Under the pieces are notes generated by a model that ran no database searches, was not told where the DNA came from, and saw nothing but the letters and a program-made list of their open reading frames with translations. Shown piece after piece: positions 32,963 through 45,793 of a DNA stretch of 64,000 nucleotides (positions are counted from its first letter, which is position 1; each line of letters begins with the position of its first letter). A program made the translations under genes and the position numbers. The stretch is from assembly GCF_053078305.1 (NCBI RefSeq), contig NZ_CP166879.1, one strand, 5' to 3'.

Positions 32963-34594
32963 TCAGTGCTTCACAATGTACATATTCCGGGTGTAGGTAT
33001 TATCCAGCGGATCTTTGCCGGTATAACCACCAACCCACGGTTTCACCAGACGCGCATTCACGTAGTAATAAACAGGAACAATGGCCGAATCCTTATCCAG
33101 CTGTTGTTCTGCTTTAGTGTACAGAGCTGTGCGCTGCGCCTCGTCAGTCACTTTCAGCGTTTCCGCCATAATGCTGTCAAAGGCCGGGCTCTTATAATGC
33201 GCGGTATTCATCGAGCTGTTCGACAGCATGGTGTTCAGGAAGGAAGTTGGTTCGTTGTAGTCAGCACACCAGCCTGCACGGGCCACATCAAAAGTACCCT
33301 GGTGACGGGTGTCGAGGAACGTTTTCCACTCCTGGTTAACCAGTTTGACGTTTACACCAATGTTTTTCTTCCACAATGAAGAGGCAGCAATCGCCAGCTT
33401 TTTATGCAGATCGGAGGTGTTATACAGCAGGTTGATGGTCAACGGTTTGTCTGCGGTATAACCCGCTTCAGCCAGCAGTTTTTTCGCTTCTTCGTTACGT
33501 TTTTCCTGGCTCCAGCCAAACCATTCTGGCTGAGTCAATTTTGCGCCATCAGTATACGGTGGAGTGTAACCATAGGCGGGCATGTCGCCCTGCGCTTTCA
33601 CTTTATTAACAATGATATCGCGGTCCATACCTAGTTTCAGTGCGGTACGCACACGCACATCGTTGAATGGCGGTTTCTGGTTGTTAATTTCGTAATAGTA
33701 AGTGCACAGGTATGGATCAACGTGAACTTCGTCCGGGATCTCTTTTTTCAGCTTCTGGAACAATTCGATCGGCATGTTGTTATAAGTCATGTCGATTTCA
33801 CCACTACGGTAGCGGTTGACATCGGTAACTTCAGAAGCAATAGGCAAATAGGTTACCTGGTTAATAACGGTTTTCGCGTTGTTCCAGTAGGTTGGGCTGC
33901 GTTCAAGAACGATTCGTTCGTTTACGACCCAATCTTTTAAGGTATAGGCACCGTTGGTGACGATATTACCAGGCTGGGTCCATTTTTCGCCGAATTTCTC
34001 GATAGCGGCTTTTGGCACCGGTGAAGTTGATGGGTGAACAAGTAATTTATAGAAGTACGGAACGGGTTCACTTAAGGTGACTTCTAATGTGTGATCATCA
34101 ATAGCTTTCACGCCGAGATCGGTAATCGGTTTTTTCCCTTCAAGAATTTCATCAATACCGGCGATATGCCCATATTGCAGATAACTGGCATACGGAGAAG
34201 CAGTGTTCGGATCAACAGAACGTTGCCAGCTATACACAAAGTCTTGTGCTGTGACTGGCGTGCCATCAGACCATTTCGCATCTTTACGCAAATGGAAGGT
34301 CCAGACTTTCGCGTCTTTATTATCCCAGGATTCAGCGACGCCAGGTGCCGGATGGCCGTCAAGATCGCTGACCAGTAAGCCTTCAAACAGGTCTCGGCTG
34401 ATATTAGACTCCGGAACACCTTCAATTTTGTGCGGATCTAATGACTGAACTTCTGAACCATTGTTACGTACCAGCGTTTGTTTTTCCGCCAGTGTGACGC
34501 CTGCGGGTACATCAGCTGCCAGCGCGACATTCCCTGCCATTAGCGCAGCCAGAACGCCAGCTGCTACTAAACTTCTCTTGGTGATGTTGGTCAT
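32963..34594 (-). CDS. oppA: Periplasmic oligopeptide-binding protein
   Basis: 543 aa from MTNITKRSLVAAGVLAALMAGNVALA. Confidence 0.95.
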   Translation of the reverse strand: MTNITKRSLVAAGVLAALMAGNVALAADVPAGVTLAEKQTLVRNNGSEVQSLDPHKIEGVPESNISRDLFEGLLVSDLDGHPAPGVAESWDNKDAKVWTFHLRKDAKWSDGTPVTAQDFVYSWQRSVDPNTASPYASYLQYGHIAGIDEILEGKKPITDLGVKAIDDHTLEVTLSEPVPYFYKLLVHPSTSPVPKAAIEKFGEKWTQPGNIVTNGAYTLKDWVVNERIVLERSPTYWNNAKTVINQVTYLPIASEVTDVNRYRSGEIDMTYNNMPIELFQKLKKEIPDEVHVDPYLCTYYYEINNQKPPFNDVRVRTALKLGMDRDIIVNKVKAQGDMPAYGYTPPYTDGAKLTQPEWFGWSQEKRNEEAKKLLAEAGYTADKPLTINLLYNTSDLHKKLAIAASSLWKKNIGVNVKLVNQEWKTFLDTRHQGTFDVARAGWCADYNEPTSFLNTMLSNSSMNTAHYKSPAFDSIMAETLKVTDEAQRTALYTKAEQQLDKDSAIVPVYYYVNARLVKPWVGGYTGKDPLDNTYTRNMYIVKH

Positions 34595-35331
34595 TGTTTT
34601 TTGGACTCCCTCATTATAATTACTGGTATTAACCAGCATGTGTAATCCCGGAATGGGACCCTGCACAGGCTCGGAGACTTTCTGCTGTCAGGTTACTTTA
34701 TCGTTACGGATTGCTATCACCGACTTTATTTATTCTGGTGATTCAGACGATCACCTTATGTCGATTCGTACTGTGTCTCCCCTGTCGAGACACATTATTC
34801 TTTCGCGATGCTCTTTAATTGTTAATTATTCTCATTACCAATAAAGAATCGCCTGGCGGTTGCTCGGAAAGTACCAAATGCGCTTCTTACTCGCCAATAC
34901 ATTTTGCAAAATTGTTAAGCAATTCTCTTTTATTGACCGTATCAGAATCTATAGCTTGCATCCATGCCTTAACAAATATCTTTAAATTCAATCAAATAGA
35001 GATTGGTTAAGCATGTCTATCTTTTCTGATTACAGTTCCAGTAGTGAAATGCACAATAATTTAACAATTGATTATTATTTAGCACTTTCCTCTACCAAAG
35101 GCAGTGGAATTACTAATATCATTTCAATTATTCTTCAGCAAGCCCAGGATTATGATGTGGCGAAAATAACATGATGGTGAGGAGAAGCAGTTAAGGAAAT
35201 CCTTATAACTAACTGTAATTTGAGAAGAATATTTTTACCTATTCCTTTTGCTTTTGATAACTGCGCGGGAACAAAGTAAAAATAATGACGAAGTAAACGG
35301 AGCATGGCAGCTCCGTTTCATTTGAAAGGAA

Positions 35332-35979
35332 TTAATTAAGCAGGCCGGGGAAAATCCCCTTAATACCAGTAACGATAAATTCAATCCCCAATGCCATCAG
35401 CAATAGCCCCATAATACGCGTAATCACGTTGATGCCGGTCTGGCGTAAAACCCGTACCAGCCACGGTGCCATGCGGAACAATCCCCAGCAACATAAAGCG
35501 AACAATGCAATAGCCACAAAGAAACCAAACAGATAGCTAATGCTGTGATAACGCGTACCCCAGACGATGGTAGAACTGATCGCCCCTGGCCCCGCCATCA
35601 ACGGCAACGCCAGTGGCACCACACCAATGCTTTCACGTACCGCGGTTTCTGATTTTTCTTGCTTGTTCTGTTTATCCTCGCCAAGCTTGCCGCTGATCAT
35701 TGACATCGCTATTGTCACCACCAGGATACCCCCGGCGATACGGAACGAATCAATTGATATACCAAAAAGTTGTAGAATCGTGTCGCCGAGAAAAAGCGAG
35801 ATCCACAAGATAATGGCCACGGACAGGTTGGCTGTAAGGTTAGTTTTGTTTCGCGCTGCCGCTGTCTGATAACTGGTCATGCTGATAAAGACGGGAATAA
35901 TCCCTACCGGGTTGACCAGCGCAAATAACCCGATGAAAAATTTGAAGTAAACGGGAAAATCAAAAAGGGTCTGAATCAC
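35332..35979 (-). CDS. ychE: MarC-family inner membrane protein YchE
   Basis: 215 aa multi-TM. Confidence 0.9.
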   Translation of the reverse strand: MIQTLFDFPVYFKFFIGLFALVNPVGIIPVFISMTSYQTAAARNKTNLTANLSVAIILWISLFLGDTILQLFGISIDSFRIAGGILVVTIAMSMISGKLGEDKQNKQEKSETAVRESIGVVPLALPLMAGPGAISSTIVWGTRYHSISYLFGFFVAIALFALCCWGLFRMAPWLVRVLRQTGINVITRIMGLLLMALGIEFIVTGIKGIFPGLLN

Positions 35980-36455
35980 GGTTAGCTCCGAAGCAAAAGC
36001 CGGATAATGTTAGCCATAAATAAGGTTGAAAAGACGCGCTGACAATACGCCTTTTGACAGCATTTTTCACCTCCTAACTACTTAAAATTGCTATCATTCG
36101 TTATTGTTATCTAGTTGTGCAAAACATGCTAATGTAGCCACCAAATCATACTACAATTTATTAACTGTTAGCTATAATGGCGAAAAGCGATGCTGAAAGG
36201 TGTCAGCTTTGCAAAAATTTGATTTGGATCACGTAATCAGTACCCAGAAGTGAGTAATCTTGCTTACGCCACCTGGAAGTGACGCATTAGAGATAATAAC
36301 TCTAATGTTTAAACTCTTTTAGTAAATCACAGTGAGTGTGAGCGCGAGTAAGCTTTTGATTTTCATCGGTTAAGCAAATCATCACCGCACTGACTATACT
36401 CTCGTATTCGAGCAGATGATTTACTAAAAAAGTTTAACATTATCAGGAGAGCATT

Positions 36456-39131
36456 ATGGCTGTTACTAATGTCGCTGAACTTAACGCACTCGTAGAGCGT
36501 GTAAAAAAAGCCCAGCGTGAATATGCCAGTTTCACTCAAGAGCAAGTAGACAAAATCTTCCGCGCCGCCGCTCTGGCTGCTGCAGATGCTCGAATCCCAC
36601 TCGCGAAAATGGCCGTTGCCGAATCCGGCATGGGTATCGTCGAAGATAAAGTGATCAAAAACCACTTTGCTTCTGAATATATCTACAACGCCTATAAAGA
36701 TGAAAAAACCTGTGGTGTTCTGTCTGAAGACGACACTTTTGGTACCATCACTATCGCTGAACCAATCGGTATTATTTGCGGTATCGTTCCGACCACTAAC
36801 CCGACTTCAACTGCTATCTTCAAATCGCTGATCAGTCTGAAGACCCGTAACGCCATTATCTTCTCCCCGCACCCGCGTGCAAAAGATGCCACCAACAAAG
36901 CGGCTGATATCGTTCTGCAGGCTGCTATCGCTGCCGGTGCTCCGAAAGATCTGATCGGCTGGATCGATCAACCTTCTGTTGAACTGTCTAACGCACTGAT
37001 GCACCACCCAGACATCAACCTGATCCTCGCGACTGGTGGTCCGGGCATGGTTAAAGCCGCATACAGCTCCGGTAAACCAGCTATCGGTGTAGGCGCGGGT
37101 AACACTCCAGTTGTTATTGATGAAACTGCTGATATCAAACGTGCAGTTGCATCTGTACTGATGTCCAAAACCTTCGACAACGGCGTAATCTGTGCTTCTG
37201 AACAGTCTGTTGTTGTTGTTGACTCTGTTTATGACGCAGTACGTGAACGTTTCGCAACCCACGGCGGCTATCTGTTGCAGGGTAAAGAGCTGAAAGCTGT
37301 TCAGGACGTTATCCTGAAAAACGGTGCGCTGAACGCGGCTATCGTTGGTCAGCCAGCCTATAAAATTGCTGAACTGGCAGGCTTCTCTGTACCAGAAAAC
37401 ACCAAGATTCTGATCGGTGAAGTGACCGTTGTTGATGAAAGCGAACCGTTCGCACATGAAAAACTGTCCCCGACTCTGGCAATGTACCGCGCTAAAGATT
37501 TCGAAGACGCGGTAGAAAAAGCAGAGAAACTGGTTGCTATGGGTGGTATCGGTCATACCTCTTGCCTGTACACTGACCAGGATAACCAACCGGCTCGCGT
37601 TTCTTACTTCGGTCAGAAAATGAAAACGGCTCGTATCCTGATTAACACCCCGGCTTCTCAGGGTGGTATCGGTGACCTGTATAACTTCAAACTCGCACCT
37701 TCCCTGACTCTGGGTTGTGGTTCCTGGGGTGGTAACTCCATCTCTGAAAACGTTGGTCCGAAACACCTGATCAACAAGAAAACCGTTGCTAAGCGAGCTG
37801 AAAACATGTTGTGGCACAAACTTCCGAAATCTATCTACTTCCGCCGTGGCTCCCTGCCAATCGCGCTGGATGAAGTGATTACTGATGGCCACAAACGTGC
37901 GCTCATCGTGACTGACCGCTTCCTGTTTAACAATGGTTATGCTGATCAGATCACTTCCGTACTGAAAGCAGCAGGCGTTGAAACTGAAGTCTTCTTCGAA
38001 GTAGAAGCTGACCCGACCCTGAGCATCGTTCGTAAAGGTGCAGAACTGGCAAACTCCTTCAAACCAGACGTGATTATCGCGCTGGGTGGTGGTTCCCCGA
38101 TGGACGCCGCGAAGATCATGTGGGTTATGTACGAACATCCGGAAACTCACTTCGAAGAGCTGGCGCTGCGCTTTATGGATATCCGTAAACGTATCTACAA
38201 GTTCCCGAAAATGGGCGTGAAAGCGAAAATGATCGCTGTCACCACCACTTCTGGTACAGGTTCTGAAGTCACTCCGTTTGCGGTTGTAACTGACGACGCT
38301 ACTGGTCAGAAATATCCGCTGGCAGACTATGCGCTGACCCCGGATATGGCGATTGTCGACGCCAACTTGGTTATGGACATGCCGAAGTCCCTGTGTGCTT
38401 TCGGTGGTCTGGACGCAGTAACTCACGCCATGGAAGCTTATGTTTCTGTACTGGCATCTGAGTTCTCTGATGGTCAGGCTCTGCAGGCACTGAAACTGCT
38501 GAAAGAATATCTGCCAGCGTCCTACCACGAAGGGTCTAAAAATCCGGTAGCGCGTGAACGTGTTCACAGTGCAGCGACTATCGCGGGTATCGCGTTTGCG
38601 AACGCCTTCCTGGGTGTATGTCACTCAATGGCGCACAAACTGGGTTCCCAGTTCCATATTCCGCACGGTCTGGCAAACGCCCTGCTGATTTGTAACGTTA
38701 TTCGCTACAATGCGAACGACAACCCGACCAAGCAGACTGCATTCAGCCAGTATGACCGTCCGCAGGCTCGCCGTCGTTATGCTGAAATTGCCGACCACCT
38801 GGGTCTGAGCGCACCGGGCGACCGTACTGCTGCTAAGATCGAGAAACTGCTGGCATGGCTGGAAACGCTGAAGGCTGAACTGGGTATTCCGAAATCTATC
38901 CGTGAAGCTGGCGTTCAGGAAGCAGACTTCCTGGCGAACGTGGATAAACTGTCTGAAGATGCATTCGATGACCAGTGCACTGGCGCTAACCCGCGTTACC
39001 CGCTGATCTCCGAGCTGAAACAGATTCTGCTGGATACCTACTACGGTCGTGATTATGTAGAAGGTGAAACTGCAGCGAAAAAAGAAGCCGCTCCGGCTAA
39101 AGCTGAGAAAAAAGCGAAAAAATCCGCTTAA
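36456..39131 (+). CDS. adhE: Bifunctional acetaldehyde-CoA/alcohol dehydrogenase
   Basis: 891 aa; long AT-rich 5' leader upstream. Confidence 0.97.
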
Positions 39132-39154
39132 TCAGTAGCGCTGTCTGGCAACAT

Positions 39155-39184
39155 AAACGGCCCCTTCTGGGGCCGTTTTTTTGT
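39155..39184 (+). terminator. adhE terminator
   Basis: AAACGGCCCC-TTCT-GGGGCCGTTTTTTTG. Confidence 0.75.
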
Positions 39185-39431
39185 TTACCCAAAGCAACTT
39201 TTCCATAAACCGACAGCATTAGCCTTCATCATATTTGCGACGATGTATAACGCCTAAACACAGGGATATTGTACTTTACAGGTCACAAGTCAACGTCGGT
39301 GCTTAAGAGCCCTGTGAGGCGTATAGCGGCGTTAAAAACTGCCGAGAAGGGTGTATAGCCCGGAAGAAGTGCGTAAAACGAACTGACAGGATAAAAGTGC
39401 CCTGCTCACCCTGTCAGTAAAGAAATTCTTA

Positions 39432-40049
39432 TTAATCGTGGCGATGCCTTTCCTGAATAGCCGTTAATGAGCCGACTTGTAACGCCTCTTTATAGTGTTT
39501 ACGGCATACAGAAACGTATCGTTCATTACCACCAATAACCACCTGCTCACCTTCGTTATAAGGTCTGCCTGCTTGATCAAGACGCAGCACCATGCTTGCT
39601 TTACGGCCACAAAAACAGATGGTTTTTAATTCAACCAGTTTGTCGGACCATGCCAGTAAGTATTGGCTGCCAATAAATAATTCACCTCGAAAATCGGTAC
39701 GTAAACCATAACAAAGTACGGGTATATCGAGTTGATCGACAACCTCCGATAATTCATATACTTGTTGTCTGGTTAAAAACTGGCATTCATCAACCAGTAC
39801 GCAATGAATTGCCTGCTGTTCATGTTCCGCACGAATCTCATCAAATAATGATGAATTTTGGTTAAATAATTTTGCAGGCGATGACAAACCTATACGCGAA
39901 CTGACTTTCCCGGCACCAAAGCGATCATCAATTTCTGCCGTATATACGACAGTGCGCATGCCGCGTTCCTGGTAATTGTATGAAGATTGCAACAATGCTG
40001 TAGACTTACCCGCATTCATTGCGGAATAGTAGAAATATAGCTGTGCCAT
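39432..40049 (-). CDS. tdk: Thymidine kinase
   Basis: 205 aa, P-loop [17 protein letters not shown]. Confidence 0.95.
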   Translation of the reverse strand: MAQLYFYYSAMNAGKSTALLQSSYNYQERGMRTVVYTAEIDDRFGAGKVSSRIGLSSPAKLFNQNSSLFDEIRAEHEQQAIHCVLVDECQFLTRQQVYELSEVVDQLDIPVLCYGLRTDFRGELFIGSQYLLAWSDKLVELKTICFCGRKASMVLRLDQAGRPYNEGEQVVIGGNERYVSVCRKHYKEALQVGSLTAIQERHRHD

Positions 40050-40652
40050 CAGCCACAGGCCCTCAATGATATGAAATAAAGTTGGCTGGAGTTTATCATA
40101 ATTCGTCAGTTTTTCAGCTCAACAGTATGCACAGAAGTGGTATATGCGTTCTCCCTTACGAAGCCTTGCATAATCCTTCTGAGCTATCATTACAACTGCC
40201 TCGCTTGTTATAAGCGGGTAAATGACTGCTGGTAACTATTCACAATCTTTAACCTGTTGCGCAAGTAATAGCCCTCTGTTGACCTCCAGGAGATAGTGCA
40301 ATACTAAGTCCCTGCTCTTATTGCGACTGTTCTACTTTTCATCATTCGCTTAATAGGGAATTCTCGTAAACACGACTAATACAGAAGACTGAAAGGTCGT
40401 CAGCTTACGATAATCTCCCCATAAAATGTGACATGAATCAGGAAGTTTTAACCTCACGTGCTGCGAAATCATCGGTACAAATAGGGCTATATGCCGCGTC
40501 TTTTCTGGCTAATTTTATGAAAAGATATTTATTGGCGGCACAAAATAAAGAACAATTTTGAATTCCTTACATTCCTGGCTATTGCACAACTGAATTTAAG
40601 GCTCTATTATTACCTCAACAAACCACCCCAATATAAGTTTGAGATTACTACA

Positions 40653-41066
40653 ATGAGCGAAGCACTTAAAATTCTGAACAACATCCGTACTCTTCGTGCG
40701 CAGGCAAGAGAATGTACACTTGAAACGCTGGAAGAAATGCTGGAAAAATTAGAAGTTGTTGTTAACGAACGTCGCGAAGAAGAAAGCGCGGCTGCTGCTG
40801 AAGTTGAAGAGCGCACTCGTAAACTGCAGCAATATCGCGAAATGCTGATCGCTGACGGTATTGACCCGAACGAGCTGCTGAATAGCCTTGCCGCCGTTAA
40901 ATCTGGCACCAAAGCTAAACGTGCTCAGCGTCCGGCAAAATATAGCTACGTTGACGAAAACGGCGAAACTAAAACCTGGACTGGCCAGGGCCGTACTCCA
41001 GCTGTAATCAAAAAAGCAATGGATGAGCAAGGTAAATCCCTCGACGATTTCCTGATCAAGCAATAA
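40653..41066 (+). CDS. hns: Nucleoid-associated protein H-NS
   Basis: 137 aa [20 protein letters not shown]... Confidence 0.97.
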
Positions 41067-41090
41067 TCTTTTGTAGATTGCACTTGCTTA

Positions 41091-41117
41091 AAATCCCGCC
41101 ATCGGCGGGATTTTTTA
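41091..41117 (+). terminator. hns terminator
   Basis: AAATCCCGCC-ATC-GGCGGGATTTTTT. Confidence 0.75.
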
Positions 41118-41209
41118 TTGTCCGGTTTAAGACAATTTAATAAGAATAAGCTATAAAAAAACGGCGTCGATTGCTCAACGCCGTTTCGTGGATAACACCG
41201 ATACGGATG

Positions 41210-42118
41210 TTACTTCTTAATGCCCATCTCTTCTTCAAGCCAGGCTTTAAATTCCGTGCCAAGGGTGTTATGACGAATACCGTATTCAACGAAGGCCTGC
41301 ATGTAACCTAATTTATTACCGCAGTCATGGCTCTTCCCTTTCATATGATAGGCTTCAACCGTTTCTTTTTCGATTAGCATATCAATTGCGTCGGTGAGCT
41401 GAATTTCATCACCAGCTCCCGGAGGGGTTTTTGCCAGCAACGGCCAAATATCCGCACTAAGTACGTAACGACCCACAATAGCGAGATTAGACGGCGCAAC
41501 ATCCGCTTTTGGTTTTTCAACCACGCCAACCATCGGTACGCTTTCACCCGGCGCTAATTCAACGCCTTTGCAATCCACAACGCCATATGCGGTCACATCA
41601 GCAACCGGTTCAACCATGATCTGGCTATGACCCGTTTCATCGAAGCGGCGGATCATCTCTGCCAGGTTATCCTGTGACAAATCGGATTCATATTCATCCA
41701 GAATAACGTCAGGCAAAATAACAGCCACAGGTTCATCACCCACTACCGGGTGAGCACACAATACCGCGTGTCCCAGGCCTTTCGCCAGCCCCTGACGAAC
41801 TTGCATAATAGTTACGTGCGGCGGACAAATAGACTGCACTTCATCAAGCAGTTGACGTTTTACACGTTTTTCCAGCATTGCTTCCAGTTCAAAACTGGTA
41901 TCAAAGTGGTTTTCAATAGAGTTTTTAGATGAGTGTGTAACCAGCACAATTTCAGTAATGCCAGCCGCAATACATTCATTCACGACGTATTGAATTAATG
42001 GCTTATCGACAAGTGGCAGCATCTCTTTCGGGATGGCTTTCGTCGCCGGCAACATCCTGGTTCCTAATCCCGCAACGGGGATAACGGCTTTTTTGACTTT
42101 CGTATTAATGGCAGCCAT
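41210..42118 (-). CDS. galU: UTP-glucose-1-phosphate uridylyltransferase
   Basis: 302 aa. Confidence 0.95.
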
Positions 42119-42319
42119 TTAAATTCTCCTGGACTGTTCGTGTTTTGAACGTGTTCATATTTCTGTATCGCATCCCAGTATATCAGCACCCCGGAGGGGC
42201 TAAGTTCTGAAAAGGATGCGAGTTAGCATAATTAAGACAATTACTTATACGAATGGCGACGATAGTACCACCAGCCGACATTAGCTGGTAATGCAAATTT
42301 AGCCCGCGTTATCGTTTGC

Positions 42320-43333
42320 TCATTCTGCAGACAACATCAAGCGCAGTCGACCACCGGTTCCCCATATTTGGCATTGCCAGGCATCGCATCGCTGGCTCAA
42401 TTGATTCAAATAAGCGTTACCTAAAGTGCCTAACGGAACACCATTACTGATTTGCACCTGGTGTTCGCCGGTATTTAACGTCGCATTCAGACCCGCAGAA
42501 ACCAGAATGAGATTTTTCAGTTCGCGATGATAATAGCCAACTAATAGCGGAAACTGCCCCGGCAGATTGGCCTGACGGAGTAAATGGTTTACCTGCTTCA
42601 ATAACGCGCCCAACTCTGGCAACCGTTGATTTTGGTGTGCAAGCTGTTCCTGTAATAATCCGTTAAACAATGCGCGTAATAACAAGGCAGCAAGTACGCC
42701 ATTATGTCCAGCTCGGGTTACATCAAGGCAATAAAATGCCAGATCGTTTTCCGAAAGTGCGGCAATATCAAGCACCAGGCCGGGTTTGTCCGCGGCAACC
42801 AATTGACGGTAATTAACCCGGCAATGGGAAATCACCTGCTGAACCGGCGGTTGTAGTTCCTGTAATAATTTCGCCGCTGCGGCAGGGTTATCAACCATTG
42901 CATCCCAGTCGCGAAAAAGCCTTTCCTCTTCCTCAACGCGCGAATTAAACATGCTGGGATAGAGACAGGCAAAAACCATCTCGCGCAAGCGATTCAGATC
43001 TTTAACTGGTTTCAGCAAAACATCTTCAACGCCCAGACGTAACGCTTTGGCAATATCTGCCATATTTTCAGTGGCAGATATCACCAGAACTGGGGTCTGG
43101 TCGCCTCTGTTACGTATATGCTCCAGCAGTTTAAGCCCGTTCATTCGTGGCATCGCGATATCACATATCATCAGGTCTGGAGTGAAACCTCCCAGCAACT
43201 CAAGGGCATCCACCCCATCAGCCGCCAGTACCGTTGTCGCTCCCAATGAGGAAAACCACGAATCCAGAAGCGAGCGAAATACCTGCTCATCTTCAACAAT
43301 GAGAATCTGTTTTCCGACCAATGGCTGCGTCAT
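42320..43333 (-). CDS. rssB: RpoS-degradation adaptor response regulator RssB
   Basis: 337 aa, receiver domain plus PP2C-like output. Confidence 0.95.
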   Translation of the reverse strand: MTQPLVGKQILIVEDEQVFRSLLDSWFSSLGATTVLAADGVDALELLGGFTPDLMICDIAMPRMNGLKLLEHIRNRGDQTPVLVISATENMADIAKALRLGVEDVLLKPVKDLNRLREMVFACLYPSMFNSRVEEEERLFRDWDAMVDNPAAAAKLLQELQPPVQQVISHCRVNYRQLVAADKPGLVLDIAALSENDLAFYCLDVTRAGHNGVLAALLLRALFNGLLQEQLAHQNQRLPELGALLKQVNHLLRQANLPGQFPLLVGYYHRELKNLILVSAGLNATLNTGEHQVQISNGVPLGTLGNAYLNQLSQRCDAWQCQIWGTGGRLRLMLSAE

Positions 43334-43424
43334 GTTCTCTCCCCTGACTGGCTTTACTCAATAGTGGCATGCTATTGCCACCTGCGCCTGTCAGAATTAA
43401 CTTAAGTGTAGATAAAAATTCTGG

Positions 43425-44330
43425 TCAAATGTTGGTGCGTACCAACGGCAAAAGTTCGTCCATTTTCTTTTCCACTGCCAGCTGTCCGGCCGCAATGGCA
43501 GCGTGCGCGCGATGGAAATCAAGCGTAGATATTTGCGGGCAAACAGGTTGAATCAGAATATCGGGCGGATCACCTGCCATGCGGTTCCTTTTAAGGCGGT
43601 TCTCCAGCACCTGGATAGAAGTGGTCATAATCTCTGTTGCCGTTGGTGCTGTCACTGCCCGACGTGTCGTTATGCTGCCTAACCTTTCTTTCAGACGCGC
43701 ATGCCACGGCAGAGAATCACCATTCTCGCTATTTTCTTCACTGACATTAAAGGAGAGCAAATCTTGTTGCATCAAATGAGCATCGTGCTGCAGGTCGACC
43801 GCTATCACAATATCAGCACCCAATGCACGCGTGAGCGAAATAGGAATTGGGTTAACGACTGCCCCATCAACCAGCCAGTAGCCGTTATGCGCAACGGGTG
43901 CCATGAGTCCTGGAATACTGCATGATGCGCGAATAGCAAGATGGAGATCGCCTTCAGTAAACCATAATTCACGCCCCGTACTTAAATTGGTGGCAACAGC
44001 CGCGAAGCGACGGGAACAATTTTCGATCTCTGTTTCCGGCATTATTTCGCGGTATTGATTGAAGACACGCTCGCCGCGCAGTAACCCACCGCGCTGCCAG
44101 GAGAGATCCATCAGGCGTAAAACATCCCAATAACTGAAAGAGGTTACCCAATCTTCCAGCGCAGATAATCGATCGCATGCATAGGCCGCGCCCACCAGCG
44201 AACCAATTGAACATCCTGCAACGATATCAATTTCAATACCCACTTTTTTTAGCGCATTAATAACGCCAATATGCGACCAACCTCTCGCCGCGCCAGATCC
44301 CAGCGCCAGCCCTATTTTTATCTTTCTCAT
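43425..44330 (-). CDS. rssA: Patatin-like phospholipase RssA
   Basis: 301 aa from MRKIKIGLALGSGAARGW (GxGxxG, GxSxG). Confidence 0.85.
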   Translation of the reverse strand: MRKIKIGLALGSGAARGWSHIGVINALKKVGIEIDIVAGCSIGSLVGAAYACDRLSALEDWVTSFSYWDVLRLMDLSWQRGGLLRGERVFNQYREIMPETEIENCSRRFAAVATNLSTGRELWFTEGDLHLAIRASCSIPGLMAPVAHNGYWLVDGAVVNPIPISLTRALGADIVIAVDLQHDAHLMQQDLLSFNVSEENSENGDSLPWHARLKERLGSITTRRAVTAPTATEIMTTSIQVLENRLKRNRMAGDPPDILIQPVCPQISTLDFHRAHAAIAAGQLAVEKKMDELLPLVRTNI

Positions 44331-44442
44331 TATTCCCGCAAGATTCCCCTGGAATGCAATCGTAGCCACATCGCTACTGCTCGGTTAACATAGTGCTACT
44401 CAGGCGGTTAATACGCCGTTATTGTTTCCAGGGAGATTATTT

Positions 44443-44901
44443 GTGTCTCAGCTTTGTCCCTGTGGTAGTGCTGTCGAGTATAGCCTATGTTGCCACCCTT
44501 ATGTGTCTGGTGAAAAGGTTGCACCTGATCCAGAACATCTCATGCGTTCGCGTTACTGCGCTTTTGTGATGCAAGACGCAGATTATTTAATAAAGACCTG
44601 GCATCCATCTTGTGGAGCAGCGGCGTTACGTGCCGAATTGATTGCCGGATTTGCGCATACTGAATGGTTGGGATTGACCGTATTTGAACATTGTTGGCAG
44701 GACGCCGACAATATCGGATTTGTCAGTTTTGTTGCTCGATTTATCGAAGGTGGCAAAACAGGTGCAATAATTGAACGTTCGCGATTTTTGAAAGAAAACG
44801 GTCAATGGTACTATATTGACGGTACACGTCCGCAGTTTGGCCGCAACGATCCCTGCCCTTGTGGTTCAGGTAAAAAATTTAAAAAGTGCTGCGGCCAATA
44901 A
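44443..44901 (+). CDS. ychJ: SEC-C motif protein YchJ
   Basis: 152 aa from GTG; CPCGSA and [14 protein letters not shown] motifs at both ends. Confidence 0.85.
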   Translation: MSQLCPCGSAVEYSLCCHPYVSGEKVAPDPEHLMRSRYCAFVMQDADYLIKTWHPSCGAAALRAELIAGFAHTEWLGLTVFEHCWQDADNIGFVSFVARFIEGGKTGAIIERSRFLKENGQWYYIDGTRPQFGRNDPCPCGSGKKFKKCCGQ

Positions 44902-44950
44902 TGGTTGACGGTACGGTTTAGCAAACACTCTCAACAAGGTTTTTCCAGCA

Positions 44951-45793
44951 ATGCATTCACTCCAACGTAAAGTTCTGCGTACTATTTGTCCGGACCAAAA
45001 AGGTCTGATCGCACGTATTACCAATATTTGCTACAAGCACGAGTTAAATATCGTACAGAACAATGAATTTGTTGATCACCGTACCGGGCGCTTTTTTATG
45101 CGCACGGAACTGGAAGGGATTTTTAATGATTCCACCCTGCTGGCGGATCTCGATAGCGCATTGCCAGAAGGCTCCGTGCGTGAGCTGAATCCTGCCGGTC
45201 GTCGCCGGATAGTGATTCTGGTCACTAAAGAAGCGCATTGCCTTGGCGATTTGTTGATGAAAGCCAATTATGGCGGCCTGGATGTCGAAATCGCGGCAGT
45301 GATTGGTAACCACGATACTTTACGTTCTCTGGTTGAGCGTTTTGATATACCGTTTGAGCTGGTAAGCCATGAAGGGTTAAGCCGCAACGAGCACGATCAA
45401 AAGATGGCGGAAGCCATTGATGCTTATCAACCTGACTACGTGGTGCTGGCGAAGTATATGCGGGTATTAACACCGGAATTTGTGTCACGCTTCCCGAATA
45501 AGATCATCAATATTCACCATTCCTTCCTGCCAGCGTTTATCGGCGCACGTCCTTATCACCAGGCCTATGAACGTGGCGTGAAGATTATTGGCGCAACAGC
45601 TCACTATGTTAATGACAATCTGGACGAAGGCCCAATCATCATGCAGGACGTTATTCATGTCGATCATACCTACACAGCTGAAGATATGATGCGCGCAGGT
45701 CGTGACGTCGAGAAAAACGTCTTAAGTCGCGCGCTCTACAAAGTACTGGCGCAGCGCGTCTTTGTTTACGGTAATCGGACGATTATTCTTTAA
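44951..45793 (+). CDS. purU: Formyltetrahydrofolate deformylase
   Basis: 280 aa. Confidence 0.95.
   Translation: MHSLQRKVLRTICPDQKGLIARITNICYKHELNIVQNNEFVDHRTGRFFMRTELEGIFNDSTLLADLDSALPEGSVRELNPAGRRRIVILVTKEAHCLGDLLMKANYGGLDVEIAAVIGNHDTLRSLVERFDIPFELVSHEGLSRNEHDQKMAEAIDAYQPDYVVLAKYMRVLTPEFVSRFPNKIINIHHSFLPAFIGARPYHQAYERGVKIIGATAHYVNDNLDEGPIIMQDVIHVDHTYTAEDMMRAGRDVEKNVLSRALYKVLAQRVFVYGNRTIIL

Noticed and set aside
36807-38624. 605-aa ORF on the minus strand
   Set aside because: Lies entirely antisense to adhE; Cys/Arg/Phe-rich composition typical of a reverse-strand artefact in a highly expressed gene.
39185-39431. Possible small gene or element between adhE and tdk
   Set aside because: No ORF with a credible start and SD; treated as intergenic with convergent terminators.
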